From IMG/VR virus record IMGVR_UViG_3300035520_000484, positions 98,993 to 162,992 of that record: a stretch of DNA of 64,000 bases; one strand, written 5' to 3'. This stretch comes from a virus. Its lineage: Duplodnaviria > Heunggongvirae > Uroviricota > Caudoviricetes. Shown here one piece after another: positions 10,447-21,819 of the stretch. Numbering within the stretch: position 1 is the first letter of the stretch; each line of letters begins with the position of its first letter. Position numbers and translations under genes: made by a program. The notes under the pieces were generated by a model. It was given only the letters and a program-made list of their open reading frames with translations, had not been told where the DNA came from and made no database searches.

Positions 10447-12024
10447 TTATTCACAACGAGTATATGAACAATTAGTACATGAAACACATCCTCCTTGATG
10501 AATTAACGTTGGTTCATGACAATTCGGGCATTCCACTGCTGTAGTAAACTGAACATTACGTTTTTCTTTAGATTCATCATATGAGAGAGCTTTCTTTGGA
10601 AGTATTTCAGGACTTTGATTTAAACTTGAAGTTTCTTCTTCGTGATTACATTTACATACAATATCCTGCATTTCAGCAGCCATACTCTTTAACGCTTCTC
10701 CTACTGCTACAGGACAACAAGATCCTTTTGAAGTATCTTTTTTAGTAGCACTACGAACAGCATATGAAGGACATACACCACAAGATTTAAGCTGATCAAG
10801 AATATTTTCAATTTTAATACCACCTCTTGCAGCAAGACTAATCATACGAGAAAGAGAAATCATAAAGTTATTACATCCTCCTGTACTACCTTTAGAAAGA
10901 TAACATTCTCGTAATTCACCATTAGAAGGATCAAAGTAGGCTGTACAATGTAAACTGCCGCAACCAGTAATCAAGGTTCGCTTAAGACCTATACATTCAT
11001 TACCAGCTTTGATAATTTCTCCTCTTTTTAGTTCATGAGGATTATCTAACTGTAATTTAGCATTATCAGTATTAAGACTAACTTCTTGAGATATTTCTAC
11101 TTCTGGTTTTTCTTTAGATTCTTTCTTAGAATCTGTAGTAAGAATACCTTGTCGTTGACAATTATCTCTCCAAATAGTAACACCCTTTAATCCCTGCTTC
11201 CAAGCTTCTACATAAATATCAAATACTTCTTGTATAGTAGTAGATTCTGGAAGATTAATAGTAGAACTAATTGATGCATCAATATACTTTTGTAAAGCTG
11301 CTTGTACTGCAATTCTCTCAAATGGATTAATATCTTGAGAAGCAACAAAATACTCTGGAAGTTCAGTATTGCCAGTAATTTTTTTGTACTGTTTAACAAT
11401 CTCTGTATCAACCTTATATACAGTTTCTTCTTGATTCAAAGATACTGTACGGCGATTAAATGAGAAGGCAAAGTTAGGTTCTACTCCCGTACTAGCTCCA
11501 ACCATTGTTGCAATAGATCCTGTAGGTGCACAAGTTAGAAGCTGAGAGTTAAATAAACCATACTTTTTAATCTTTTCAAGAAGAGTTTCATCTTTTACAA
11601 TATTTTTAATAAAGCTAGAATTAACTAGTGCTTTATTATTACACATCGGATAACTTCCATGTTCTTTAGCAAGCTTTAATGATTGTTCAATAGCTGCATA
11701 TGCGATAATGCTAAAAACGTCTTTAATTACAGATAGACTTCTTGATGTTCCATAGGTTATTCCCATTTTAATCAACATATCTCCGAGACCAAATGTTCCT
11801 AATCCAATCTGTCGCCATAGGCGTACAGAGTCTCGTTGTATTTGTAATGGATGTAAAGGTAATCCTTCTGTCAAAACTTTATTGAGAGCTTTTACAGCAG
11901 TATAAGTAGCTTCTGTAAGCTCCATTAAATCTATATAAGATTTATCGGAGAATGGATACTTAACAAATTCTGAGAGATTAAGACTGCCCAATAGGCAGGA
12001 ACCTCCTGCTGGGAGCGGCTCTTC
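10447..12024 (-). CDS. Ribonucleotide reductase, exon 3 (C-terminal part). NrdJ-like with a C-terminal CxxC...CxxC zinc ribbon. The ORF track starts at a TTG; the true exon begins at 12024.
   Basis: Exon starts EEPLPAGGSCLLGSLNLSEF, matching the RNR consensus ...(G)E.PL....CNLGSINL.. Later motif TCAPTGSIA matches APTGS. C-terminus CPNCHEPTLIHQGGCVSCTNC. Confidence 0.8.
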   Translation of the reverse strand, partial: EEPLPAGGSCLLGSLNLSEFVKYPFSDKSYIDLMELTEATYTAVKALNKVLTEGLPLHPLQIQRDSVRLWRQIGLGTFGLGDMLIKMGITYGTSRSLSVIKDVFSIIAYAAIEQSLKLAKEHGSYPMCNNKALVNSSFIKNIVKDETLLEKIKKYGLFNSQLLTCAPTGSIATMVGASTGVEPNFAFSFNRRTVSLNQEETVYKVDTEIVKQYKKITGNTELPEYFVASQDINPFERIAVQAALQKYIDASISSTINLPESTTIQEVFDIYVEAWKQGLKGVTIWRDNCQRQGILTTDSKKESKEKPEVEISQEVSLNTDNAKLQLDNPHELKRGEIIKAGNECIGLKRTLITGCGSLHCTAYFDPSNGELRECYLSKGSTGGCNNFMISLSRMISLAARGGIKIENILDQLKSCGVCPSYAVRSATKKDTSKGSCCPVAVGEALKSMAAEMQDIVCKCNHEEETSSLNQSPEILPKKALSYDESKEKRNVQFTTAVECPNCHEPTLIHQGGCVSCTNCSYTRCE

Positions 12025-13162
12025 CTAAAATGTTATCATAAGAGCTTTTTATCTCTTATTTCCGGGAATTTCTTCCATTATACAGATTTATTCATCTGCC
12101 GGATCGGCATATATTTTTATTAATTCTTTTAATTTTATAATTATATCTCTTTTTCCAGATACTCCTAAAACTTTTCCTACAGTCCTAGTATCTTTTACAC
12201 CAATAAATTCTGCTAGATCGTTTAAAAAATTAAGTCTATTCATTTTACAATTTAATACAAGTTCTTTATTATCATGTAACCATTTAAGAATAAGATTATA
12301 TCTCTCATCTTTAAGTTTTGCATAATTTTCCATGTTTACTTGTGTTGCTAACTTAGCTTTTTCAATTACTTCTTCATGTCTAGCTTTTTGAGAACATTCT
12401 TGAGAACAGTAAGTACGATGTTTTGCTTCACAAGGTTTAAGTTTAATAACCTTATGACATACAGGACATTCGAAATCAACAAAATTTTCTAAAGCACGTT
12501 GTTTTATAGTTTCTGTACCTTTTCGGAGACCTTCTCTCATTTTGGCAGCACATTCTTCATTTTGCCATTTTAATTTAGTAGTTTCTCCAATTTTTGCTTT
12601 AGTTTCATCAGTACATTTTCCTCCATTATTTCCACCTGCTTTTAAATTATATCCTTTTTCCTTGTTTTGAGAATCGTATTCTTTAATATACTTAATCTCT
12701 AATTCGTTAAGTATGTTTAAATCATCACATTCTTCTAATATTTCCCAAGTAAAAGAATCAAATCCATATTTTTTTAAAGCATTATGAAAATAATTATCAT
12801 AATATTTAGTCCTGTTACAATCTCTCTGATGTTGACTTTTTCTATGTTCTAAAGAATTAATAGTCTATCCAATATAGACTTTCCCATTGATTTTGTTGGT
12901 TACTTTGTAAATTAACATAATTATAAAAATTTTTAAATTAACATTGGGTACTCGTGGTAACATTATATTTATTCAGTTACTATGCTCTACAGTGATAATT
13001 CGCCTTTTCGTAATCGAATTATTTACCACGGTATTATCAATGCAAATATACATATTCCTTGTAAATTAACAAAATCCACCTACGTTAATTTTTATAAAAT
13101 ATGTATTTTTTGTTTAGACTTCACCGTTTTTACCCAATTTTTAACGTGAGCCGAAGATACCC
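12025..13162 (-). other. Group I-type intron 2 within the RNR gene; carries a GIY-YIG homing endonuclease.
   Basis: Upstream exon ends ...GVNPCA on a U (gct). The intron ends ...ttttag on a G. The downstream exon resumes in frame at EEPLP. The joined protein reproduces the NPC(G/A)E catalytic-loop region. Confidence 0.75.
12088..12918 (-). CDS. GIY-YIG homing endonuclease encoded in RNR intron 2. Has one in-frame TAG codon (plus-strand CTA at 12865-12867) read as Gln.
   Basis: MLIYKVTNKINGKVYIG(TAG)TINSLEHRKSQH...KYGFDSFTWEILEECDD...ELEIKYIKEY...GYNLKAGG is a full GIY-YIG module. The TAG sits at the usual Q/S position after YIG. C-terminal Zn finger CPVCHK...C..EC. Confidence 0.7.
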
Positions 13163-13498
13163 AGCACACGGATTGACTCCTGCATAGCTAAAGTTAGAAT
13201 CCTTGTCTAGCATGTTATAGTTAGTTATATTATCCCAATATAACACTCCAGGTTCAGCCATTTCCCAATTTCGTTTAGCCAGTAACATGAAAATATCGCG
13301 AGCATTAACAGTTTTCTTAATACATTCATGTTCTGTATTAAACGTAAGATCCCAAGGACGGTTATTAATCACTGCATCCATAAAGTTATTACTTACTCGA
13401 ACTGAGATATTAGCCTTAGTACAGATATTTAGGTCAGATTTAAGATTAATAAATTCCTCTAAATCAGGATGAGTACAATCAATAGAAAGCATTGTTGC
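13163..13498 (-). CDS. Ribonucleotide reductase, exon 2 (catalytic-cysteine region).
   Basis: ATMLSIDCTHPDLEEFINLK...NISVRVSNNFMDAV...MAEPGVLYWDNIT...GVNPCA matches the RNR consensus A.M..L...HPDI..FI..K / N.SV.V.D.FM.AV / ..PG..F.D..N / NPC. Confidence 0.8.
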
Positions 13499-14354
13499 CC
13501 TACTTATTAAATATATAAGTAGCAGACTATCTCTTCATAAGGAACTGTGCTTCCTTATGCCATGCGCTTCCACTATAAGAGTTTCACTTATAGTGTACCC
13601 TACTCGGTTATTCACTAATAGCTGTATCAGTTATCCTTTCGGTAGTCGTTACACTTTCATTTGTAAATTCAAAAATATATCCTTTTAATTTTCCCTTAGT
13701 AGGAGTATAAGGACTAGATTTTGCAAGCCAATGTTGTAAGGTAGTAGAATTCTTATATCCATAATATCTAGAGGCATCACTCATATTTGGAAATATGATA
13801 ATATTTCCATTTAATTCAGTGACTTTTACTCTTTTAATATTAGAATATGCACAATTATCAAATCCATGTTGAGTATTATAACTTATACTACACCACTCTA
13901 GATTTTCGACATTATTATTCTTTTTGTCTAAATCTTTATGATTAACTACATTACAACCTTCGATTTCAGGAAGATATTTTAAAGCAACTAATCTATGAAC
14001 TCTAAATGGTTGTCTATTACCATTTGAATCATAAACTAGTGATACATCGTAATATCCGTCTTTATCTTCTCTAAATTTTAAATATCGGCTTGTGTATGGG
14101 CTATATACTTTCCCATCTTTTGAAATTTCATAATGTTCTAAGACATATTTTTCTTTTTCTGTCATAATTTGTAATTTTTATTTTAAAGTTTTTAATTTTT
14201 CGACATTACAAATTTAAACATTATGATTTGAATTTTCAAATGCTTAGCACGGTATTTTATAAAAATTTATTTATAATTCACCGTTAGCAACTTTATGTTA
14301 AAGTTACACCCTATATTTATAGGTTCACATGGTTACGAGGCACATTTTTGGCTT
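13499..14354 (-). other. Group I-type intron 1 within the RNR gene; carries an HNH homing endonuclease.
   Basis: Exon 1 ends ...EGRRG on a U (ggt). The intron ends on a G (agg). Exon 2 resumes ATMLSID. Joining the two reconstructs the conserved GRRGA.M..L...HPD block. Confidence 0.75.
13608..14165 (-). CDS. HNH homing endonuclease encoded in RNR intron 1.
   Basis: HRLVALKYLPEIEGCNVVNHKDLDKKNNNVENLEWCSISYNTQH is an HNH motif with surrounding phage endonuclease features. Confidence 0.7.
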   Translation of the reverse strand: MTEKEKYVLEHYEISKDGKVYSPYTSRYLKFREDKDGYYDVSLVYDSNGNRQPFRVHRLVALKYLPEIEGCNVVNHKDLDKKNNNVENLEWCSISYNTQHGFDNCAYSNIKRVKVTELNGNIIIFPNMSDASRYYGYKNSTTLQHWLAKSSPYTPTKGKLKGYIFEFTNESVTTTERITDTAISE

Positions 14355-14804
14355 ACCTCGACGACCTTCTTGTCCAATTAACCCAGTTACATAACTAAAT
14401 AAGTCCATAAAACTGGTAACACCAGAAGTAGTCTTAGCTGCATTATTAACTTTAGATCCTTTTGGACGTAATTTACTTACATCAACCCCACAGCCTCCAC
14501 CATAACTAAAAGTACGAGCTAATTGAGAGGCACAATTAAAAATAGATTCAAGATTATCATCTGGACTAGGAAGTACATAACAATTTGAGTAAGTTACTCT
14601 TTTACCGTATTTCTCTAATCCTCTATTAGCTAGAATACGACCTCCAAATAAGAACTTCTTATCTATAATTAACTGTCTAACTTTTTTATCACCTCCACTA
14701 ACTCTATCTAACCATTGTTCAAATGATTCATTTTGGTATCTATATTTATTATTCCAAATATCTAATGAAAGTTGATTATCACCAAGCCAGTCTTTTTCGG
14801 TCAT
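14355..14804 (-). CDS. Ribonucleotide reductase, exon 1 (N-terminal part).
   Basis: KYGKRVTYSNCYV...TFSYGGGCGVDVSKLRPKGSKV..TSGVTSFMDLFS...QEGRRG matches the RNR GGG.G...S.LRP.GS and ..G.RRG blocks. The downstream KPKMCLVTM-stop belongs to the intron. Confidence 0.8.
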
Positions 14805-16882
14805 ATATTACATCAATTAAAAATTTTCTTAGGGAATTAATCCCTAAGAAAATGTAGTTATTAAACATCAAGTATCTTAGATACTAAAAGTGTTTTCTCT
14901 GCTTTATTTATAATGTCCTTAGTATCATTAGTAATAACCTGAGTCCAAGCATTATAAATATTAAACATATTAGTAGTCTCTCCTTTCTTTACATAATAAG
15001 GAGATTCTTTCTTTTCATATAGCAACTTATAAGCATCAATAGCTGTAGAAGTTGCTATTTTCACTTTACTATAATCATTAGTAAGTGATTTATTCATAGA
15101 ATTACGAATCCACTCTCCTAAATTTTCATTAATGAGAGATTCGTTATAAGGTACTTCTGTATTGTTCAATCTTTCCAAGGTTGCTTTAATATCAGAAGTC
15201 TGTTCCAGAAGTGGTTTTATGCCTTTATAATCAATAATCATTTCTGGTTCTAAGTATTGTACATTTAGAAAGTTTGGATCAAATACACAAAGATTAGTAC
15301 AAGCACGATTTAGTTCTCCTCGATAAATCTTAACAAGAGGTTTACGAATATCAAGACCATAAACTAAACCAATTACTTCATCATGGTTTTCAAAACATAA
15401 TTCAGAAGGCATTACAGCTTGTATCCATATACGATTATAAACTGCATCTTCAAAATTAATATTATTTTCTTTGGTAAGACTAATTTGATTAGCCATTACT
15501 CCTTGAATACGAAAGTCATGTGTAAATTTAGACATTTTCTCTATAAAAGGAGTAATATAAGCTTCTGTACTTAAATATTCTTTACCCTTAATACTTGTAG
15601 CTTTGCCTTTTAAGGCTTGTTCCAATGTTAATTCCATTTATTAAAATTCATTATCAAACAATGTTGAATATGTAGCAATAGCTGCATTTTCAGCAGATTT
15701 CTTAACTTGGTTAAATCTATAAGAAAATTCTAGAAATTCGGATTCATTAAGATCTACTCTAAGTTCTTGAAGTCCAGGTCCATTCAAAGTTAGATAATAT
15801 TTTGAACTTTCTTGTATTACAAACATACGATAATAATCTTTATCCTTTTCAACTTTATAAAAGAGACTACTTGTTTTACAATTTACAGGTCTTTCGTCAT
15901 AAAAATACCCATAAGCTGAATATTTGATTGGATCTTCTTCAAGTTTAAATAAAATAGTACGTACAGTATTCAAAAGATTTTCCATTTTAGTATAAAATTT
16001 TTTATTAATTATTAGCATCATCTGCAAATTGACAATATTCTTCAAGAGCGATCTTTTTTGCTGTTTCCATAACTTCTTTGATTCTTGCCTTTAACCTTAA
16101 ATATTCTATTTCACTAATAACAAAACTATTATTAGGACGTTGATTACTATTTAAACAAAGATAATGCTCTGTTTTATATTTAGTGGTAGCACATGCAGAA
16201 AGGACATTTATAGTTTGACGAGTTTTATAGTAATTAAAAGTTAATCCACCCGTATAATCCATGCATATATTATACTTAAAAGGATCTTTCTCAAGCTTAT
16301 CTAAGATTCTAAAAGTTACGTCAACAATATTCTTTTCTTCCATTAGTAATTTGTAATTTTATTTGCAAGATTAGAAAAATCTTTTTCTATTTCTTTATTA
16401 ATTTTATTTTTAAGTTGCATCAATGCAAGAGTGATATTTAGATATTCTTCTTTATCCACAGTTGTTTTTAGTTCATTATTACTACCTTCATATCCATAAA
16501 ATACATAAGCTAACTGTTTATTTTTAGAGTATCTTATACGCATCCAATACGTTTTATCACTCATTCTAATCACTATTATGGTATGGTCATCACCTATATC
16601 ATGAGTCTCAACACGTATACCTGTCTTATAATTTTTATCTAAAGCATAGATAATATTTATAATATCATATGCCTTCATTTATTAATTATTTTTAAGATAT
16701 TCATTAAGTTCAGAAATGGTAATACCTTCAAGAACACAAGCTTGTGCTTTAGATTGATATTCAGTACCATTAACTACGCACTTTACAGAATTTTTGCTTG
16801 GGGTATATACATTAAGAGCATATTTAGCTTCTTCTTCATTCCAAGACTTGTACAGATTTTTGATTAATTTCTTCATAATTTA

Positions 16883-18400
16883 TTATTCTTTAATTAAACC
16901 AGTTGTATAATTACCATTAGATTCTACTTCCAAATAAGCACATCCCCATTTAGTATATCCGAAATTGGAAACAATATAAGTTGAACTTCCATAAATACTA
17001 GGGCAATTAATATAATCGAAAGTAGTACAATTATTAATTGAAAATTGATGTAAATCACCTTTAAGTACTACCTTACGCTTATTCAATTTAAGAGGAGTAT
17101 CATAAAAGAAGTTATTAAACCAATTCTCTGTTTTAATATCTAGATTAAGTGGGAATCCTTTGTATTGACTCTTATCTGCCGACGCTTTACCATGTAGGAA
17201 AATGAAGGATACTCCACTTACTTCAAATGTATCAATAGAATCATTACTTACATAAGTATCAATGTTATATTCTTTAAGATGCTGACTAAGAACGAGGTCA
17301 TTTAACCAACCAGCAGCTCCAGAATGATTACCATCACCAATAGAATAATATGCTACAGTATTAACATACTTCTTTAATTGAGTAAAGAAACGAAGCATAA
17401 CTCGTAAATACATCATAGCAATCTCTTTATCAGTCATAGTTCCAGGGAGAGTATGAGTCATACTTGTAGTAAGTTTCTGATAAGAATCAATATTATCACC
17501 AAGATTAAGTACGATTACTCTAGACCATCCCTTATTAGCAATAGACTTAATTACAAAATCAAGTCTGCGATTAACTTCTTCTTCAGTATATTCAGGAAGA
17601 GGAATATAGCCACCTGTTACATTAAATGCTCCGATATGTAAATCACTAAGACAAATAATACCAGTTTTATGATGAACAGAATTATCAATTACAGGAAGTC
17701 CAGTTACTTCAAATTTAGTATCAATAAGTTCCTTAGCAATATCTTTATAAGAAGTTAGCTTATTAATTTCAGAAGCCATCTTCTTAATTTGATTAGTAAA
17801 GTCACGTTCAGATTGTGCATCAGCATATTTAAATGCTGCACGTTCTTTAAGTGACATTCTGTATTGTGCTAACTGTTCTTCATCCATTTCTTCCATAAGA
17901 TGAGGAGGACACCAAATACTATCTTTAGTAATTCCAAAACAACGGAACATCATCTTAACTTCTGCAAGAGTATACATAGGAAATTCATTAGCCACATTAC
18001 GAGCTGTTGCATTTCCACCATAGTAAGTATAAAGTCCGTAAAGAGTTTCTACATCACGTCTTGTGAGAGTAGTATCAAAATCAATCTCATCTTTTCTAGG
18101 ATAATGTACATGATAAGAAGAAATAATACCATCATCATTTCTATCAAACCACATTCTCATTCCAAGTTCTTCATATCCAGAAACAAAAGATTTAACACCC
18201 GTTATTGAATCATATAATTCCAAGAAATCTAAACAATCTTCATTGCCATTTTCTGCTCCTTTTCTAATACCTTTAAGAAGTGCATAAAATGCGCTAGGTT
18301 TAGTTTTATGTTCTTTATAATATTGACCGACTGTAATACCACGTTTAATTATTTCATTCAAAATATTAGTATAACGAGCAATAGTTTCTGTTTTTACCAT
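16883..18400 (-). CDS. Mre11/SbcD-like metallophosphoesterase nuclease with a large N-terminal extension.
   Basis: Phosphoesterase motifs ICLSDLHIG (motif I), VIVLNLGDNIDSY (motif II, GD..D) and SIGDGNHSG (motif III, GNH). Confidence 0.45.
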   Translation of the reverse strand: MVKTETIARYTNILNEIIKRGITVGQYYKEHKTKPSAFYALLKGIRKGAENGNEDCLDFLELYDSITGVKSFVSGYEELGMRMWFDRNDDGIISSYHVHYPRKDEIDFDTTLTRRDVETLYGLYTYYGGNATARNVANEFPMYTLAEVKMMFRCFGITKDSIWCPPHLMEEMDEEQLAQYRMSLKERAAFKYADAQSERDFTNQIKKMASEINKLTSYKDIAKELIDTKFEVTGLPVIDNSVHHKTGIICLSDLHIGAFNVTGGYIPLPEYTEEEVNRRLDFVIKSIANKGWSRVIVLNLGDNIDSYQKLTTSMTHTLPGTMTDKEIAMMYLRVMLRFFTQLKKYVNTVAYYSIGDGNHSGAAGWLNDLVLSQHLKEYNIDTYVSNDSIDTFEVSGVSFIFLHGKASADKSQYKGFPLNLDIKTENWFNNFFYDTPLKLNKRKVVLKGDLHQFSINNCTTFDYINCPSIYGSSTYIVSNFGYTKWGCAYLEVESNGNYTTGLIKE

Positions 18401-18436
18401 AGATATTTTTAATTGTTTTATTCAATTTTTAAGTTA

Positions 18437-18480
18437 AAGTTGTTACACAGATAAAAAAAGGTGGCTATCTAAAAAAGATA
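18437..18480 (-). terminator. Rho-independent terminator after gene 18514-19065.
   Basis: Minus strand AGGTGACTATCT-TTTT-AGATAGCCACCT followed by TTTTTTTATC. Confidence 0.7.
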
Positions 18481-18513
18481 GTCACCTCTGATTTAGTTTT
18501 ATATGTCTAAATA

Positions 18514-19065
18514 TTAAGCGTTTTCGATACCAAATACAAGATAAGTACCAACACGAGAACTCTTAGAAGGAGTATACTTAGCAGTAGCAACTACAGCCTG
18601 GCCTTCAACACACTTCTTATCCATTACCAAGTGAGCATTGCCACGATAAGAACCTTCAGTATAAAGAGTCTTAATAGCTGCCTTTGCATCAGCCTTAGTT
18701 GAATCAGTTTCAGAAATAACCTTACCAGTTTCATCATCAACCCAACGATAAACAGTCTTATACTTACGAGCGCCCTGTTCATTCTTGAGGTCGCCAATTA
18801 CATAGGGACGTTCACGAGTGTCAGCAACAGCAGATTCAATAGTAATTGAGAAGCCAACGCCAGGAAGATTCTTAGATTTCTTAGCAAGATAATTCAGCAT
18901 AAATTCCTTAGTATCAGAATCAGTCCAAGCACCTGTATGTGCCTTACGAGCATTACGATATGCTTGAGTTGCATCACCCTGAATACCAAACGGTGCAGAT
19001 TCAAGAGCTTCTTCCTTAGTTGCACCAGTTACTTCCATACGCTTAAAATTCATAATTTTTTCCAT
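18514..19065 (-). CDS. Hypothetical protein. Compositionally distinct (GC-richer codons), with its own promoter and terminator; likely a highly expressed early protein.
   Basis: Intact 183-aa ORF. Flanked by 217 nt of upstream non-coding DNA carrying a Bacteroides-type promoter, and by a strong terminator. Confidence 0.5.
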   Translation of the reverse strand: MEKIMNFKRMEVTGATKEEALESAPFGIQGDATQAYRNARKAHTGAWTDSDTKEFMLNYLAKKSKNLPGVGFSITIESAVADTRERPYVIGDLKNEQGARKYKTVYRWVDDETGKVISETDSTKADAKAAIKTLYTEGSYRGNAHLVMDKKCVEGQAVVATAKYTPSKSSRVGTYLVFGIENA

Positions 19066-19124
19066 AATTCAATAAAATTTAAAAATAAAACATTAATTCA
19101 TATAACATCTTCATTAACCTCATT

Positions 19125-19157
19125 GCAAATATACCACTTTAACTAAGTATTTACAAG
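19125..19157 (-). promoter_or_regulatory. Bacteroidota-type promoter (TTG at -33, TATATTTG at -7) for gene 18514-19065.
   Basis: Minus strand cTTGtaaatacttagttaaagtggTATATTTGcaatg with 21-nt spacing. Lies about 60 nt upstream of the ATG. Confidence 0.45.
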
Positions 19158-20862
19158 TGACATATTGTTAACACATCTTAAATTTCTATTGAATCATCTC
19201 TAAATTCTTTTTCTAATTTGGTAATGCAAATATAGAAAAATTTTATAAGTAATGCTACTCTTTAAATGTTAAAAAGAGTTAATTAGAAAGGAATATATGA
19301 TTTTAGAATTTCCTTTATTTTATTTGGAATATCTTTAGTCTCTAGTCCAAAATTAGGAAATTCTCTACAACCATATGCCCAATCTTCGCATACTATAGCA
19401 AGACCTTTTATAAATTCTTCAGGGATTGAAACATCAGAAAGTTTACGAATAACTTGATAATAAGTTATATCAGGTTTCTTAGCTTTTAGTTGTTCTACTA
19501 AATAATCTATCAAACCTACTAATGCAGCTTTAGTTGTAAAATCTGTGTCAAGATATTTTAAACTAAAATTTTGGCGATAGATTTCCTGAAGTTCTTCAAA
19601 TTTTAGAGCCATATTGCAAAATCTTTATGATTAGTTGCTACTTCCTTAGCTACAAGAGTAAGAAGGTATTTAAATTCCTTAAATCCTTCTATAAACATCT
19701 TTTTAGTCATGGGAACTACTTTAGTATAATAATTTGGAATAGTAGAAACAACTAAATAATTACCTTTAATAACAGGATTATCTATATTATAATGTTTCTT
19801 AGCTATTAATGCCAATAAGTATGAATACATAGCTAACTCCCTATTGTAATGATACTTCTGAATATTAATATCCATTTCACTTACAATTCTTCCTAAAGTC
19901 TTAATATCATTACAAGTTACAATATTAGAAATAGGATCTATTGTAAAATTATCCACTTTCGATTTTAATTTTAGGATAAATGGAGAAGTATCAGGTAGTT
20001 CTATTTTAATATCCAATAAAATAGCTAATTCATTTTCTGAAATAATCCCTCCAAATTCTGAAGTTGGGTGGAGTAAATTTTGTATAGACTTACTATTTTC
20101 GATAGCTGAGATGCACGCATATGCAACAGAACGTGATTTATAATCAAGATATAAATCAGACCTTGGATCGTCTCCACGACTCTCTAAATAGTCTTTTTTG
20201 GCTTGCCAATAATATTCACATTTATACTTGACTTCCGCAATTCGTTTTGGACTCAACTCTCCTTTATAATAATCTATTTTCTTAGCTGCATTAATTATAT
20301 CCTCATCGGACATTTTCCCAGATTTCCAGCATTCAAATAATTCATCAGCCATAGCACCCATCTTTCCAGTAGGCTTATCAACTGAATCTACAATATTAAA
20401 AAGATCTTTTTGTAGTATTTTACTATGTACTGCTGTACCTATATCAAGAGAAGAACTATAGATAGGTTTAAATCCATTAAAAAAAGCTTCAGGAGAACCT
20501 CCTTGTTCAGGATTAATTAAACCTAATCTAGAATTAGAAATATAATTACTATATTTTTTACTAAAATAAGTAGCATCATCAATCTTCTCAAGATATAGAG
20601 TATCTAGCAAGGGAGTTATTTTAATATCATTCAAGACTTAATCTAGATTTAAAATTATTTAAAACTTCTAGAAGTTCTTCAGGTTCATTAATACTCCATC
20701 CTGCTTCTCCTGTATGAATTCTAATGAACTTTCCACCACCTCCATCATCAGTTTCAAGAATTAGTTTTTGTATACCTCCATCAGGTCTAAAATCACTTTC
20801 ATCCTGACAGCAATCTACTTCTTGAACATATTCACAAGTCATTTTCTCTAATTCTACATGTT

Positions 20863-21384
20863 CTAACATAATTTTTTAAAATAAGGAAATAAAGTATTTT
20901 TAAATAAATGATAAACATCTTCAATTTCTTCTTTATCCAAAGTATAAACACGACCTATTGGACCCCAGTCTTTATTATTAGGAGAATCTAATAGTAAGCA
21001 AGGTATTCCTTTTAAATTAAGGTCTTTAAATACTTGTAAAGAATCATCAACATGAACATCAGCTCCAGATCGTTTAAGTTGAGAATATTTACTAAGACTT
21101 ACCCCAAATACTTGATATATAGGTGCTTTAGGTAAATTATTAACAGCTAATTGTTCTTTAATCCAATTTTTACTAATTAATCGAGAAGTACAATAGCAAT
21201 GGGGCATAAAATTAGGCATATTAATAAGAGGTTGAGTCATCCAAAACTCTTTATCCTCTCTTAATATGCCTCGCACATTTTTAGTAATCTCTAAATCAGA
21301 TTTAGGATTACCAAATTTTTTAATATAATGTTGATAAAAGTCAACAATTGTTCCGTCAAGGTCCAATGACACATTTAGGATCAT
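20863..21384 (-). CDS. HAD-superfamily phosphatase, 5'(3')-deoxyribonucleotidase-like.
   Basis: N-terminal LDLDGTIVDF is HAD motif I (DxDGT). Confidence 0.45.
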   Translation of the reverse strand: MILNVSLDLDGTIVDFYQHYIKKFGNPKSDLEITKNVRGILREDKEFWMTQPLINMPNFMPHCYCTSRLISKNWIKEQLAVNNLPKAPIYQVFGVSLSKYSQLKRSGADVHVDDSLQVFKDLNLKGIPCLLLDSPNNKDWGPIGRVYTLDKEEIEDVYHLFKNTLFPYFKKLC

Positions 21385-21819
21385 AATTCTTCTACGTCAA
21401 TAATATCACTTAATAATACTTCAGCTTCTTCCCACAGATTCTTTTTTGTTTCTTGAAAGTTAAGACCTTCAGTAAAATCATAAGTAATACTAAGATAGTC
21501 TGTTATTTTATCCTCACAATCAGATAAGGATTTTGCACTAAAAGAAACAATAAAATTCTCTTCAGCAGGATAATCACAAATTGAAATTACATATTTATTC
21601 ATTTACTCAAATTTATAATTTCATTAGTACAGCCGACGTATTTAAGTTGTGACCAGTTTTCAAAGACTATATTAAAGTCACTAATTTCTGGAAATTCTAC
21701 ATATGGTGAAATTGTATCCAATACAATTCTATCAGCATCTTCCTCAGATTTTGCATTTACTGAGAAAGTTTTGCATTTATTTGTATCCAGATCTTCTAAT
21801 ACATATAAAAAAGTATTCA

